A stretch of DNA of 64,000 bases from an uncultured Acidobacteriota bacterium (GTDB lineage Bacteria > Acidobacteriota > Blastocatellia > RBC074): positions 896,001-960,000 of the forward strand of contig CAWCKY010000007.1 in NCBI GenBank assembly GCA_963796275.1. Reading direction: 5' to 3'. The notes beneath the pieces were generated by a model that saw only the letters and a list, made by a program, of their open reading frames with translations, did no database searches and was not told the origin of the DNA. A program made the translations under genes and the position numbers. Positions 1-9,914 of the stretch are shown piece by piece (the stretch's first letter is position 1; every line of letters begins with the position of its first letter).

Positions 1-836
1 GTACCATTTTCTTGCATTTTTAGGATAGGAAACGGCAGGTTAGCGGATTACGGTTGGGATCGCTCAATAGATTTTCTCTGCAATTACAATGGTTTAGATG
101 TTGTGGTAAGGGAAAATACGGGGGATGCCTCAGCGATGGTACGGTCCTTGCACTAAGTATATACCGACAAGCAATGCTTCAGCAGTTTAGGTACTCGAAT
201 ACGGAAGGTGTTGGGGGACATCTTAAACGACTGTCGCGAACGTAGTGATTGTTCCGTATATAGAGATAGGATGGCTGCTTGATTCCGCATAGTTCTTGGG
301 GGAGGCTATACGGAATCGAGCAGCCATTCTTGCTTTTTCAGAGATCATTTCTATTCCGCACATCAATCTCTTATCACATCTCTTTGTTACTTTTTTCTGT
401 GCACGCGATTCACGGTGACTTCCTGGTGCAGGTGAGCGTTGCGGGTTTCTATGCCGGGGAAACCACGCGGCCGATCTCGATCTCAGCCTCATCGTGATCA
501 TCGTGATGGAAATCCTCGACGGGAGGCAAATATGAACAACTCTTATTGACTCGAATGAGAGTCAAAACCAACTTTTCGATGGAACCTGCAATATTTCGCT
601 CAATTCGCTCAATAAGATAATCTTCCACACGGTTTCCAGCCATTTCCGCGAGATCTTGCCGGCACCGGCCTTGAGATGCTATCTCAAGCAAAATATATCA
701 TTCGAAATTGTCCACTATTGAACAGAACCCAACTACAACTTGATCGATCTTATTCTCTAAGGAATGAGCCGATGACCGCACGCAAACCACAAATCAAAAC
801 CAAAAAAAATCCAGCACTACTCAATAGAAGGACACC

Positions 837-2060
837 ATGACCCAAACCAGTAATACAAAACAAGGCAGCGAGCAATCAGACAAGAATGCGATTCGTCCGT
901 ATCAGGTGAATGTTCCGGAAGCGGAGCTTGCCGAGTTGCGGGGGCGCATCAAGGCAACCAGGTGGCCTGAACGGGAAACGGTCACGGATCAATCGCAAGG
1001 CGTGCAGCTCGCGACGATTCAGAAACTCGCGCGCTATTGGGCGACAGATTATGACTGGCGCAAAATCGAAGCAAAAATGAACGCCCTGCCGCAGTTTATG
1101 ACCGAGATCGATGGATTGGATATTCATTTCATTCACGTCCGTTCAAAACACGAAAATGCGTTGCCGCTGATCGTTACGCACGGATGGCCCGGCTCGGTCA
1201 TCGAACAGATGAAGATCATCGATCCGCTGACCAATCCCACCGCACACGGTGGAAATGCATCAGATGCTTTCCACGTAGTGATCCCGTCAATACCGGGCTA
1301 CGGATACTCAGGAAAACCGACCACCACCGGGTGGGATTGTCCCCACATCGCGCGCGCTTGGGTCGTTCTGATGAAGAGCCTCGGGTACACGAAATTCGTG
1401 GCGCAAGGCGGCGATTGGGGCGCGGTCATCACCGAACAAATGGGTTTGCTTGCGCCTCCGGAGTTGCTGGGCATTCACACCAACATGCCTGGCGTGTTTC
1501 CGGATGACATTAACAACGCGGCTTTTTCCGGGGCGCCGGCGCCATCGGGTCTCTCAGCCGACGAGAAACTCGCTTACGAGCGTTTGCAGTTCGTTTATCA
1601 AAAGGGTATCGGATACGGTTACCAAATGGGATTGCGCCCGCAGACGTTGTACGGAATCGTGGATTCACCGGTCGGCCTGGCGGCTTATTTTCTTGATCAC
1701 GATGCGCGCAGCTATGAGCTCATCGCGCGCGTCTTTGACGGACAGTCTGAGGGCCTCACGCGCGACGACATCATCGACAACATCACGATCGCCTGGTTGA
1801 CGAATACGGCGCTTTCTGGCGCCCGTCTCTATTGGGAGAACAAACTCGGGTATTTCAACGCCAAGGGCGTCTCCATCCCGGTTGCCGTGAGCGTCTTTCC
1901 TGACGAACTCTATCCGGCCCCGCGGAGCTGGGCAGAGCAGGCGTATCCCAAACTGATCCATTACAACAAGGTGGAGAAAGGCGGGCACTTCGCGGCCTGG
2001 GAACAGCCGCAACTCTTTTCAGAGGAAGTTCGCGCGGGCTTCAGATCGCTGCGCAAATAG
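837..2060 (+). CDS. Epoxide hydrolase (EHN N-terminal domain + alpha/beta hydrolase)
   Basis: 407 aa; HGWPGS oxyanion motif, nucleophile GGDWG, catalytic His in GGHFAAWEQP; AGAAGGA RBS before the ATG. Confidence 0.92.
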   Translation: MTQTSNTKQGSEQSDKNAIRPYQVNVPEAELAELRGRIKATRWPERETVTDQSQGVQLATIQKLARYWATDYDWRKIEAKMNALPQFMTEIDGLDIHFIHVRSKHENALPLIVTHGWPGSVIEQMKIIDPLTNPTAHGGNASDAFHVVIPSIPGYGYSGKPTTTGWDCPHIARAWVVLMKSLGYTKFVAQGGDWGAVITEQMGLLAPPELLGIHTNMPGVFPDDINNAAFSGAPAPSGLSADEKLAYERLQFVYQKGIGYGYQMGLRPQTLYGIVDSPVGLAAYFLDHDARSYELIARVFDGQSEGLTRDDIIDNITIAWLTNTALSGARLYWENKLGYFNAKGVSIPVAVSVFPDELYPAPRSWAEQAYPKLIHYNKVEKGGHFAAWEQPQLFSEEVRAGFRSLRK

Positions 2061-2087
2061 TTGAGAAGAGGATCGCCCGCGAGTTGG

Positions 2088-2183
2088 ATGTTGGTGGTGA
2101 ATGAATGGCGGTGCGATCCACCGCTGCCTGAGGATGAAGTTCGAGAGGTTGCCTCCAGCATCTGCAGATATCAGCCTGAGTGA
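2088..2183 (+). pseudogene. Remnant of a primase C-terminal (PriCT-1-like) domain
   Basis: Hand translation gives MLVVNEWRCDPPLPEDEVREVASSICRYQPE*, matching the N-x-x-x-C-x-PPL-x-x-x-EV-x-x-(I/V)A-x-S pattern of phage/plasmid PriCT-1 domains. No upstream primase. Confidence 0.55.
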
Positions 2184-2350
2184 AACGGTTGCACTGAAGG
2201 GATCAAAGTCGATAATTCTCAAGCTAAGTGCTCGAACCCTGGTCTTTTTATTACCATTCGCGCTCTTTAGCGTCGCTTTATTTATACGTCTTAGCCGTTT
2301 GGCTTACGCTCTGGCGAATTGTAGCCGTGGTAATGCGCGGCGCATAGACG

Positions 2351-4954
2351 CTACTGTTCGCGGTCGTCGTCATCAATGTCAACAGACAAGGCGCTGAAGA
2401 CCGCCTGCCTCACGCGCGGGTAAGGCGACTTCACGCCCTTCACCTGACGCCATACGATACGGTTCAGCCTCTCCGTCGGCGCCGCATCTGGCGTGTCGAA
2501 GCGCATCTTCAGCGAATCCAGGGCGTCACGCCGCAACTGCCCTCTCAGCGCACTGAGTTGCGGATTCAGTTCAAACAGAGACTGTACGGGCTGCACAGCG
2601 TCGTACGGCGTGAAGTCTGGTTCGTTCGTAAAGCTCGCCCGCATGTCGTTGGCGATCAGGTCGAAGAGTGAAAGCGTCGGCAGGCCGAGGATCAATTCAA
2701 TCGTCTTCAGCATGCTCTGATGCGCGTAGAAGGTCGAATCAACCGAGCCGCGGCGGATGTATGGGCTGATGGCGAGCGCTGTGGTGCGGTGGCCGTCCAC
2801 GTGATCTACACCATTCTGCGCGTCGTCTTCGACCACGAAGATCGCCATCTTTTTCCAGAACGGCGTTTTCGATAAAGCTTCGACGATTTGCCCCAGCGCC
2901 AGATCATTGTCGGCGACCATCGCCTTTGGCGTGTGCGCTCCGGGTGCGGTGCCGTTCGTGTGATTGCTGGGCAGTTGCAGCAACACCAGGTTGGGCATCT
3001 TCCCTTCGCTCTCCCACTTTTTCAGGTCGGCGATGAAGATTTGCGCGCGCACCACGTCGGGGATAGCGGTCGAATAGGCAGGGAAGTTTCTGGCCAGAAT
3101 GTTGTTGAGCGGTTTGATCGGTGCGGTGATGTTCCATTCACGGGTCAGGTCTTCGCCGGCCTTCCAGCGCTCGAAGAGCTTGACGCGCTGCTGCCGATCA
3201 CCTCCACTCATTCGCCCGGCGTATTCGCCGTACACGCGCACGGTCTTCTTCATCTTCAACGCCGCGTCCCAGATGAATCCACTGTCGGAGTAAGCAATCG
3301 GGTCGGAACCGTCGAAAGGATAACTCCGCCCGGCGTACCCAGGCCACAACGCGTATGAAGTTTCATTCGCTTGCGTCACCCATTGATGGCCGTCGCCGCT
3401 GTTGCCGCCGGTCGCGTAAAAATTGTCGAGCAGCACGAATTGATCAGCCAGCCGGTGCTGATTCGGCGTCACCTCTTCGCCGAACATGACCAGCGACAGG
3501 TCGCCGTTGCCTTTGCTCATATCGCCGAAGACCTGGTCGTAAGTCCGATTTTCTTTGATGATGTAGATGACATGTTCAATCAGCGAGGGATCGCCGGCGC
3601 GCGCGGGGATGGCGACGGGCGCGGGCTTAGCGGTGTTTTTCGCGGGGGTCAGCGGCGCGACCTTCGCCAAATGATTGTTCTCCCAGACCGCCGTGGTGTA
3701 ACTGGCGAGTTGCGCCTCATCGGGAACCGGCACTACGGCGACGCTGCCGCGATAGGCGTGAACGTATCGTTTGCGCGGCTCTTCGCGCCAACTCGACCCG
3801 GCGCCGAGCAGCGTGCCGATGGCGAGCAGTTTGCCGCCAGGGCTGAGCGACAGAGCGTTCGGATACCAGCCCGTCGGGATGTAGCCGGCGACGAACATAT
3901 CTTTGGTTTGGATAACAGCGACTGCGTTCAACCCACCGCAGGCCGCAAAGAGCGTCTTGCCATCTACGGTCAATGCCAATGCCGTTGGTGCGAAACCGCG
4001 TGTGTCCTGTGCCGAAAGCTTGCGAGTCTGAATTACTTTGTTAGCGGCGGTGTCAATCACGGAGATCGAGTCCTTGTTGCTATTTGCGACGTACAGCCGG
4101 TTCCCGCGTTCGTCCCAGACCATCGCGGTCGGGTGCAATTCGACCTCAATCGCATGCGTGGGCTTCATCGTCGCCAGATCGATGCGCGTGACCGTGCCGG
4201 TCGTGGCGATGCCGCGTTTGTCCACCACGACCTGATCTGCTTTCGGATCGTACCCGGTCGGCGCAGTCAATTCGCCCGGCTTCGGCGCTCGCCCGCCCCA
4301 GTTGGTAACATAAGCAATCGTCCCGATCGAATTGATGACGGCTCCGAACGGAGCGATGCCGGTGTCGGCATTGCCCAGCAATTTGCCGGTGTTCAGATCA
4401 ATAACCGCGAGTTGGTTGTTGTAAATCAGCGGCACGACGGCCAGCCGCTGGCCTTGCGCGTTCGCTTGCGGCGCGACGGCGATTGCGCCCGCAATGAAGT
4501 TGCCGAGTCCGTCGGCGATGATTTTAGATGCCTCGCCGCTGACCGTCAGCAGGCGCGTCTTGCCTTTGGGATCTTGCCCCGCCGCGCCCGCCAACGTTCC
4601 GCTGATGAGCGGCTGTTTGGCGATGGGGTCAAAGACGATCCCCTGCAAGCCGGGGTTTTCGGTGATGGGAATGCGTCTCATAATATTGTTGTTCACCCAA
4701 TCAAGTTCGAAGACTTGCGTGGGCGCGCTCCTGCCGCGCGCGGTCAGTGCCCAGATTTCATGGGGCGACGCGCCGAAGGCGACGCCGTAAACGCGCCCGT
4801 CGAAAATAGTCTGCACCCCCGCCGGAGTGATCGTTTGCCGCGTAGTCACGACACCATGATCGGTGACGGCGCGCGCGGGCTTGTCATTGGTCTGAGTAGA
4901 TGCGGGAATGGAAAAAAAGAGCGTCAGAACACATAGGACCATCAATTTCTTCAT
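2351..4954 (-). CDS. Secreted YVTN/YncE beta-propeller + alkaline-phosphatase-superfamily phosphoesterase
   Basis: Start reassigned to MKKLMVLCVLTLFF (signal peptide, GAGG RBS). Propeller repeats (YVTNWGG, LYVANS, PTGWYP); phosphoesterase motifs IIKENRTYDQVFGD and EDDAQNGVDHVDGHR. Confidence 0.87.
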   Translation of the reverse strand: MKKLMVLCVLTLFFSIPASTQTNDKPARAVTDHGVVTTRQTITPAGVQTIFDGRVYGVAFGASPHEIWALTARGRSAPTQVFELDWVNNNIMRRIPITENPGLQGIVFDPIAKQPLISGTLAGAAGQDPKGKTRLLTVSGEASKIIADGLGNFIAGAIAVAPQANAQGQRLAVVPLIYNNQLAVIDLNTGKLLGNADTGIAPFGAVINSIGTIAYVTNWGGRAPKPGELTAPTGYDPKADQVVVDKRGIATTGTVTRIDLATMKPTHAIEVELHPTAMVWDERGNRLYVANSNKDSISVIDTAANKVIQTRKLSAQDTRGFAPTALALTVDGKTLFAACGGLNAVAVIQTKDMFVAGYIPTGWYPNALSLSPGGKLLAIGTLLGAGSSWREEPRKRYVHAYRGSVAVVPVPDEAQLASYTTAVWENNHLAKVAPLTPAKNTAKPAPVAIPARAGDPSLIEHVIYIIKENRTYDQVFGDMSKGNGDLSLVMFGEEVTPNQHRLADQFVLLDNFYATGGNSGDGHQWVTQANETSYALWPGYAGRSYPFDGSDPIAYSDSGFIWDAALKMKKTVRVYGEYAGRMSGGDRQQRVKLFERWKAGEDLTREWNITAPIKPLNNILARNFPAYSTAIPDVVRAQIFIADLKKWESEGKMPNLVLLQLPSNHTNGTAPGAHTPKAMVADNDLALGQIVEALSKTPFWKKMAIFVVEDDAQNGVDHVDGHRTTALAISPYIRRGSVDSTFYAHQSMLKTIELILGLPTLSLFDLIANDMRASFTNEPDFTPYDAVQPVQSLFELNPQLSALRGQLRRDALDSLKMRFDTPDAAPTERLNRIVWRQVKGVKSPYPRVRQAVFSALSVDIDDDDREQ

Positions 4955-5025
4955 TTGTGCCTCACAGTTTGGAACATCGGCACAGAACTGCACGCAGTTC
5001 CGATCGGGTCTTGCGATATACTGAT

Positions 5026-8000
5026 TTAGAAGGTCAACTTCAGCGCCGCTTGCATCGTGCGCGGCCCGCCTATGGTCGAAGATATCCGCCCCGCCGTGCT
5101 CGGCAGCGTCGTCGTTCCCGGAGCGCATTGGCGCGAGGGCGACGGGATACATATCCCCGCCGCAATCGTCGACACTGGATTGCCGAAGGTCGGCGTGTTG
5201 GTTGCATTGAACAATTCCCAACGAAACTCAAGATTCATCGCTTCGCGCAGCCTGGTCGTTTTGCTCAAGCTCAAGTCGAGCTGCCGTTGGTTTGGTCCGC
5301 GCAGGATGTTGCGGCCCGCGTTGCCCCAATGATCCTCCGAGTTCACGAACGCAGTTGGATCGAAATAAAGATCAATCCGATCCTGCACGCGTCCGCTCAT
5401 GACCGCCGACTCAATCGTCCTGCCGGGCGCCAGGTCGGACCGCACTGAAGCCACTTGAAACTGATAGGCGTTACGCGTCGCCGGGCCGAAGACCGTGAAG
5501 GGAGCGCCAGATTGCAATGTCAGCAAACCGCTCGTCCGCCAACCCTGCGTCAGCAAATTCAAAAACCTCTGGCCCCTGCGCAGCCCCGGTAGGTCAATCA
5601 CGTACGACGCCGTGAAGCGGTGGGGCCGGTCAAAGTTTGACAGGCTGCGATTCAAAAACAGACTCCTGTTGTCATGCTGTGCCTGCTCGGTGTCGGACGA
5701 AATATTGTCAATCGATTTACTGAAGGTGTAGGCTAGATTCCAGATCGCGCGGCTGGACATACGGCCTCTCACATCGAGCTGCGCCGAATGATAAGTCGAG
5801 TGGCCGGCGTTGGCTACTTGCACGAAACCGCCGCTGCGGCTCAATCCCAAGAATTCCGTCGCGACGAAGAAGTCTGGGTTGATCAGCGCGCCGTCAGGAT
5901 TGGCCGTCGTACGGTTGCGGTCGCGAATGTCGGTGAAGCCGTTGACCGGCGTCACGCGCGGATCAACAGCCTGCGCCACATTGAAGCGTCCCAACAGACC
6001 CACGCCGCGCGAGCCGACGTAGCGCAGGTCGAGCGCGACGCCCTTCAACAATTCGTACTGTGCGTTGAGCGACCACTGTTGGACGTAAGGCGCTTTGATC
6101 TTCGGGTGGATGTAGACATTGCTCTTCGCGCCGAACGGTTCGGTGGCCGGGAACTCCTTGCCGTCGCCGCGAACCCAGCGCGGCGTGCCGTCGGCGTTGC
6201 GCGCAATGGCCACGTTGAATGGCAGTTGAAATGGGTTGATGTTCAACCGAGGATACGGGTTGTCCATGTCCACTGGGGAGGGCACGTTCTGAAAGACGAA
6301 GAACGGCGCGGCGCGTTGCAGGTCAACCTTGTACGACGCCGACGTGCGCTCGTAGAAGATGCTATAGCCACCACGCAGCACGAACTTCGGCAGAAAGCCC
6401 GGCTGCCACGCGAAGCCGAGACGCGGAGCGAGGTTATTGTAGTCATTGAAGAGCGTCGAATCGTTTTTTGCTTGGTTGATTTGGCGCAAGTCTATGGGCG
6501 TGCCTGGCTCGACGTAAAGACCGATGTCCAGCGGCTTGAAGCCAGGTTGGAAGATGCGGCTGTTCGACGGCACTTGAAAGCCGACCGGCAAACCAGTCTC
6601 TTTGGCCAGCGCCTCGGTGATGAACGTGCCGAGCCGCCCTTCCGAATCCGTGAAATTACCGAAAAAGTCGTACCGCACGCCAAGGTTTAGCATCAACCCT
6701 TTGCGGGCTTTCCAATCGTCGTGGACGTACCAACTGATGTCCTGCGCGGTCATGTTGCGGCGTGTGTCGCCCTGGTCTAGGTCGGAGCCGCCGCCCGACG
6801 CGCCGTGGCCTGTGAAAAACAATACCCACGTGTCGTAGTCCAAATCACCATTTGTGCGCGATTGGAACTCGCCCGTCAAATTCATCAGCCGATACTCCGC
6901 TCCAAACTGGAAGGCGTGGCCGGGGCGGACGTAACTCAGTGTGTTGACGAAGTTGTGGACCTTCTGACGGTCATAAAAGTCCCAGGCGTTGCCGATACCA
7001 CCTGAGCCGAACTGAGTGGTGATGTCAATTGTCGGCATCAAAGCCGCCAGCCCACCCAGCGCTTCGAGCGGGTTGAAGATGCCGAGCGTCGAATTTTTGA
7101 AATCCTGGTTTTGCGACAACCGGTTGTTGGCCAGGTCGAAGAAGCCCACCCGCAGCTCGTTCACCCAATTCGCGTTGAAAATATGTTGGTGCGAGAGCGA
7201 GGTCGCCCAGCCTTTTGTCTGCCCGTCAGTCGGCGAAGGCGAGGTATCTGGCCAGCCGAAGGCTTCGACTACGTTGCTGTTTGAGTAATTGAAGTTGAGC
7301 CGGATGCGGTCCTTCTCACGAGGCGTCCATTGCAACGAGCCTACGCCCGCCCACGAGTCGACCTCGGTCGGAATCACCTGTTGCAGAAACAGCTCGCGCC
7401 CAAACGCTCCGTTGCCTGGCAGAACGGGCAGATTGGGCGATGGCGTGGGAATTAGAAGGCCGACGCCCGCGCGTTTGGCCTTGAGAATATTGATCGCCAC
7501 CGGATGAATGTCGGCCGGCGTCAACTGCCGGAATTGCAGATTGTTCGTGTCCGGGTTGGGCGAGCCGAAGAACTGCGTGATCAGGGCCGACTGTTGGTCG
7601 GCAGGAAATGCCCGCAGCCGATTAAGGAAGTTGCCCGCGAAGGCGGGATTATCCGCCTGACCATTGGCCAGATAATCATTGGCGACTTTGGCAATGGTCT
7701 CTGACGTTCGAACATCGGTGAGGCCCACTGGCAGGCCTACGCGCGCCACGGCGTTGCTTGCGTAACCGGACAGGAAGTTCGTGCGCTGGACGGAGGCGAA
7801 GAAGGACAGCTTGTCCTTGATGATAGGGCCGCCGAGTGTGGCGGCCGATTCGTTGCGGCGGAACTTAGGCCGCTCGTCGCCGTCCCGGTTGAGGAAGAAT
7901 TCGTTGGCGTTGAACTTTTCGTTTTGCAAGAAGTGTGATGCCGAGCCATGGAACTGATTCGTGCCCGCGCGCGTGGCGATCTCGATGTTGCCGCCGCCGT

Positions 8001-8790
8001 TGCGTCCCGTGGGCGAATTATAAAGCGCACTCTGCACCGAGACGACTTCGAGCGCGTCGAGCGGCACGATCAGGTTGTTGCCTAAGCCGCCCGAACGGTT
8101 GAGCAGATTAGTGCTGTCAATCCCGTTCAGTCGCAGTGAATTGTTGGTAGGCCGCGCGCCGTTGACGCTGGGGTTGAGCGATTGCGCTGAGTCTTGTTCC
8201 TGCGTGCCCGGCGTGGTGGTGATGTTCAAGCCAGAACCGGTGCGGTCGGGCAGTGGCGCGCTTACGCCCGGTTCGGTCACGATCAAATGGGTGATATTGC
8301 GCGAAGATGTCGGGATGTTGGTCAGTTCTCTCTGCGTCAGCGTCGCTGCCTGCGTCGAATTTTCGGTCTGCAGCAATTGGCTTTCCGAAGTGATGTTGAT
8401 GATTTCGTCCACGCCACGCGGCGACAGTACGATCGTTAGTTTCACAGTGTTGACTGGTTCTACGATCACATCATTGATCGTATTTTTCGTAAAACCGTTC
8501 AGCGAAACTTCGACGCGATATTTGCCAAAGGGAAGATGGGGAAGGCGAAAAATGCCTTCGCTGTCGGAGGTCGAGTGCAGGCTCTGGGCCGTCTCGCTGT
8601 TGAAAGCTTTGATCACGGCATTCGGCAATTTGCCGCCGTTTGTATCTTCGATCAAGCCTTCGATGACTCCACTGCTGTTCTGCGCCCATGCCGGGATCAT
8701 TCCCTGCCATAGAACAATTGTGATTCCAAGGATCGCCATCAGGATAATGGCTATTACTCCGCTTCTACGTAAATCCTCCGAGAGACGCAT
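5026..8790 (-). CDS. TonB-dependent receptor, Oar-like, with carboxypeptidase-regulatory-like N-domain
   Basis: Start reassigned to MRLSED (GGAGGAGG RBS). Motifs GTNQFHGS, NEFFLN, NNLAPRLGFAW; C-terminus PRTMQAALKLTF ends in Phe. Confidence 0.92.
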   Translation of the reverse strand: MRLSEDLRRSGVIAIILMAILGITIVLWQGMIPAWAQNSSGVIEGLIEDTNGGKLPNAVIKAFNSETAQSLHSTSDSEGIFRLPHLPFGKYRVEVSLNGFTKNTINDVIVEPVNTVKLTIVLSPRGVDEIINITSESQLLQTENSTQAATLTQRELTNIPTSSRNITHLIVTEPGVSAPLPDRTGSGLNITTTPGTQEQDSAQSLNPSVNGARPTNNSLRLNGIDSTNLLNRSGGLGNNLIVPLDALEVVSVQSALYNSPTGRNGGGNIEIATRAGTNQFHGSASHFLQNEKFNANEFFLNRDGDERPKFRRNESAATLGGPIIKDKLSFFASVQRTNFLSGYASNAVARVGLPVGLTDVRTSETIAKVANDYLANGQADNPAFAGNFLNRLRAFPADQQSALITQFFGSPNPDTNNLQFRQLTPADIHPVAINILKAKRAGVGLLIPTPSPNLPVLPGNGAFGRELFLQQVIPTEVDSWAGVGSLQWTPREKDRIRLNFNYSNSNVVEAFGWPDTSPSPTDGQTKGWATSLSHQHIFNANWVNELRVGFFDLANNRLSQNQDFKNSTLGIFNPLEALGGLAALMPTIDITTQFGSGGIGNAWDFYDRQKVHNFVNTLSYVRPGHAFQFGAEYRLMNLTGEFQSRTNGDLDYDTWVLFFTGHGASGGGSDLDQGDTRRNMTAQDISWYVHDDWKARKGLMLNLGVRYDFFGNFTDSEGRLGTFITEALAKETGLPVGFQVPSNSRIFQPGFKPLDIGLYVEPGTPIDLRQINQAKNDSTLFNDYNNLAPRLGFAWQPGFLPKFVLRGGYSIFYERTSASYKVDLQRAAPFFVFQNVPSPVDMDNPYPRLNINPFQLPFNVAIARNADGTPRWVRGDGKEFPATEPFGAKSNVYIHPKIKAPYVQQWSLNAQYELLKGVALDLRYVGSRGVGLLGRFNVAQAVDPRVTPVNGFTDIRDRNRTTANPDGALINPDFFVATEFLGLSRSGGFVQVANAGHSTYHSAQLDVRGRMSSRAIWNLAYTFSKSIDNISSDTEQAQHDNRSLFLNRSLSNFDRPHRFTASYVIDLPGLRRGQRFLNLLTQGWRTSGLLTLQSGAPFTVFGPATRNAYQFQVASVRSDLAPGRTIESAVMSGRVQDRIDLYFDPTAFVNSEDHWGNAGRNILRGPNQRQLDLSLSKTTRLREAMNLEFRWELFNATNTPTFGNPVSTIAAGICIPSPSRQCAPGTTTLPSTAGRISSTIGGPRTMQAALKLTF

Positions 8791-8807
8791 TCGAAACCTC
8801 CTCCGTG

Positions 8808-8912
8808 AAAAAAAGGCCATACTCGGTTGACCGTGTACACTTGTGCCCGAGCCAGACCAATACATAGGTCACACTGATCCCACCCCAAGCCGGGTTCCAG
8901 CCGGTCAATGTG
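8808..8912 (-). promoter_or_regulatory. Candidate structured 5' leader/attenuator of the TBDR-phosphoesterase operon
   Basis: Minus strand: stem CACATTGA/TCAGTGTG enclosing a CCGG hairpin, then stem GGTC-TG-GCTCGG...CCGAGT-AT-GGCC followed by T7 just before the RBS. Confidence 0.35.
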
Positions 8913-9130
8913 CGATTCCTTTCTTGATTGTGTTAGCTGAATGCTAGTTCATAAGTTAGTGAAATTATTTATGATGTGGTTCAGTCAGAGAATAACATCA
9001 CGGCTTAAAATGAACGTTATTTGCAAGTCAAATGTTAGTAAAATCTGCTGGGCAAGTCTCGGGGGCGGCGCCGTAAATAAGTGAGGACTGTGCAAATAAA
9101 AGATCATTGGAATCAATGTTTTTGGTCCCG

Positions 9131-9160
9131 AGCGCCAGCGGCGCGGAATATTTATAGCAC
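9131..9160 (+). repeat. REP-like hairpin + TTTATAGC tail (copy 1)
   Basis: GCGC-cagcg-GCGC-GGAATATTTATAGC; same layout as 34969-34995. Confidence 0.45.
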
Positions 9161-9270
9161 TCGATCAGGTAAATAAAAGGGATGAGCTAAAGGCTTGTCA
9201 TTTCTAAAATCTGAAAAATAATTTGACTTTATGTTGCAAAGTTCTTGACGCTTTTAAGTAGGTGTTTTAT

Positions 9271-9308
9271 AAGCCTCATGCTTCCTTAGCTCGGAAGCAG
9301 GAAGGCTT
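9271..9308. repeat. Inverted repeat at the truncation junction of a serine hydrolase remnant
   Basis: AAGCCT-ca-TGCTTCC-ttagctc-GGAAGCA-gga-AGGCTT; the coding remnant starts right after it. Confidence 0.5.
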
Positions 9309-9310
9309 CC

Positions 9311-9859
9311 ATCCAGGCGCTGTTTGACCTGAAACTGATCTCTCAGGAGAGCCTCACATCGATGAAAACGATGAGAGACGGCGACGGGTTGGGAATGGAG
9401 CCCTTCACATTCGCCGGCAAGACGTTCTACGGGCACACGGGCGGGGGCGACAACTATGGAGCGTGGCTGGCTTACCTGCCGGAAGAAAAGCTGGCGGTCG
9501 CCTACACTACGAACGCAAAGGTTTACCCGGTAGTCAACATCGTGCGCGGCGTTGTCGATATTTACTACAATAAACCGTTTACGATTCCCGCTTTAGAATC
9601 GATCGCCGTCAGCCCGGAAGTTCTGGACAAATACGTCGGAGTTTATTCGACTCCGGCAGCTCCCGTGAAATTTACGATCACCAGGGATGGCGCGACGCTT
9701 TTCTTTCAGCCGCCCGGGCAATCGACTGTCCCGCTCGAAGCGACAGCACAGGATAAATTTCAGATCGAGGGTGCGGTAGTCATTGAGTTCGACGCCGCGA
9801 AAAACCAGATGACAATAAAACGGAGGAGTGGGGAGAGGGTTTTCACCAAGGAAAAATAA
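9311..9859 (+). pseudogene. 5'-truncated serine hydrolase (beta-lactamase family) with C-terminal DUF3471-like domain
   Basis: Frame reads IQALFDLKLISQESLTSMKT...YGHTGG...LDKYVGVY. The SxxK and YxN motifs are missing, so only the C-terminal part remains. Confidence 0.75.
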
Positions 9860-9914
9860 TCGGTATATAAAAGTAGGGACAGGGTTTCCCGCCTACCCCA
9901 AGCGAGGAACATAA

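Noticed and set aside
1-836. Short ORFs at the window start
   Set aside because: No RBS, motif or family support.
3371-4936. 521-aa plus-strand ORF and other long ORFs opposite real genes (e.g. 5788-6690, 28326-29477)
   Set aside because: Antisense shadows of GC-rich coding genes, with no recognisable motifs.
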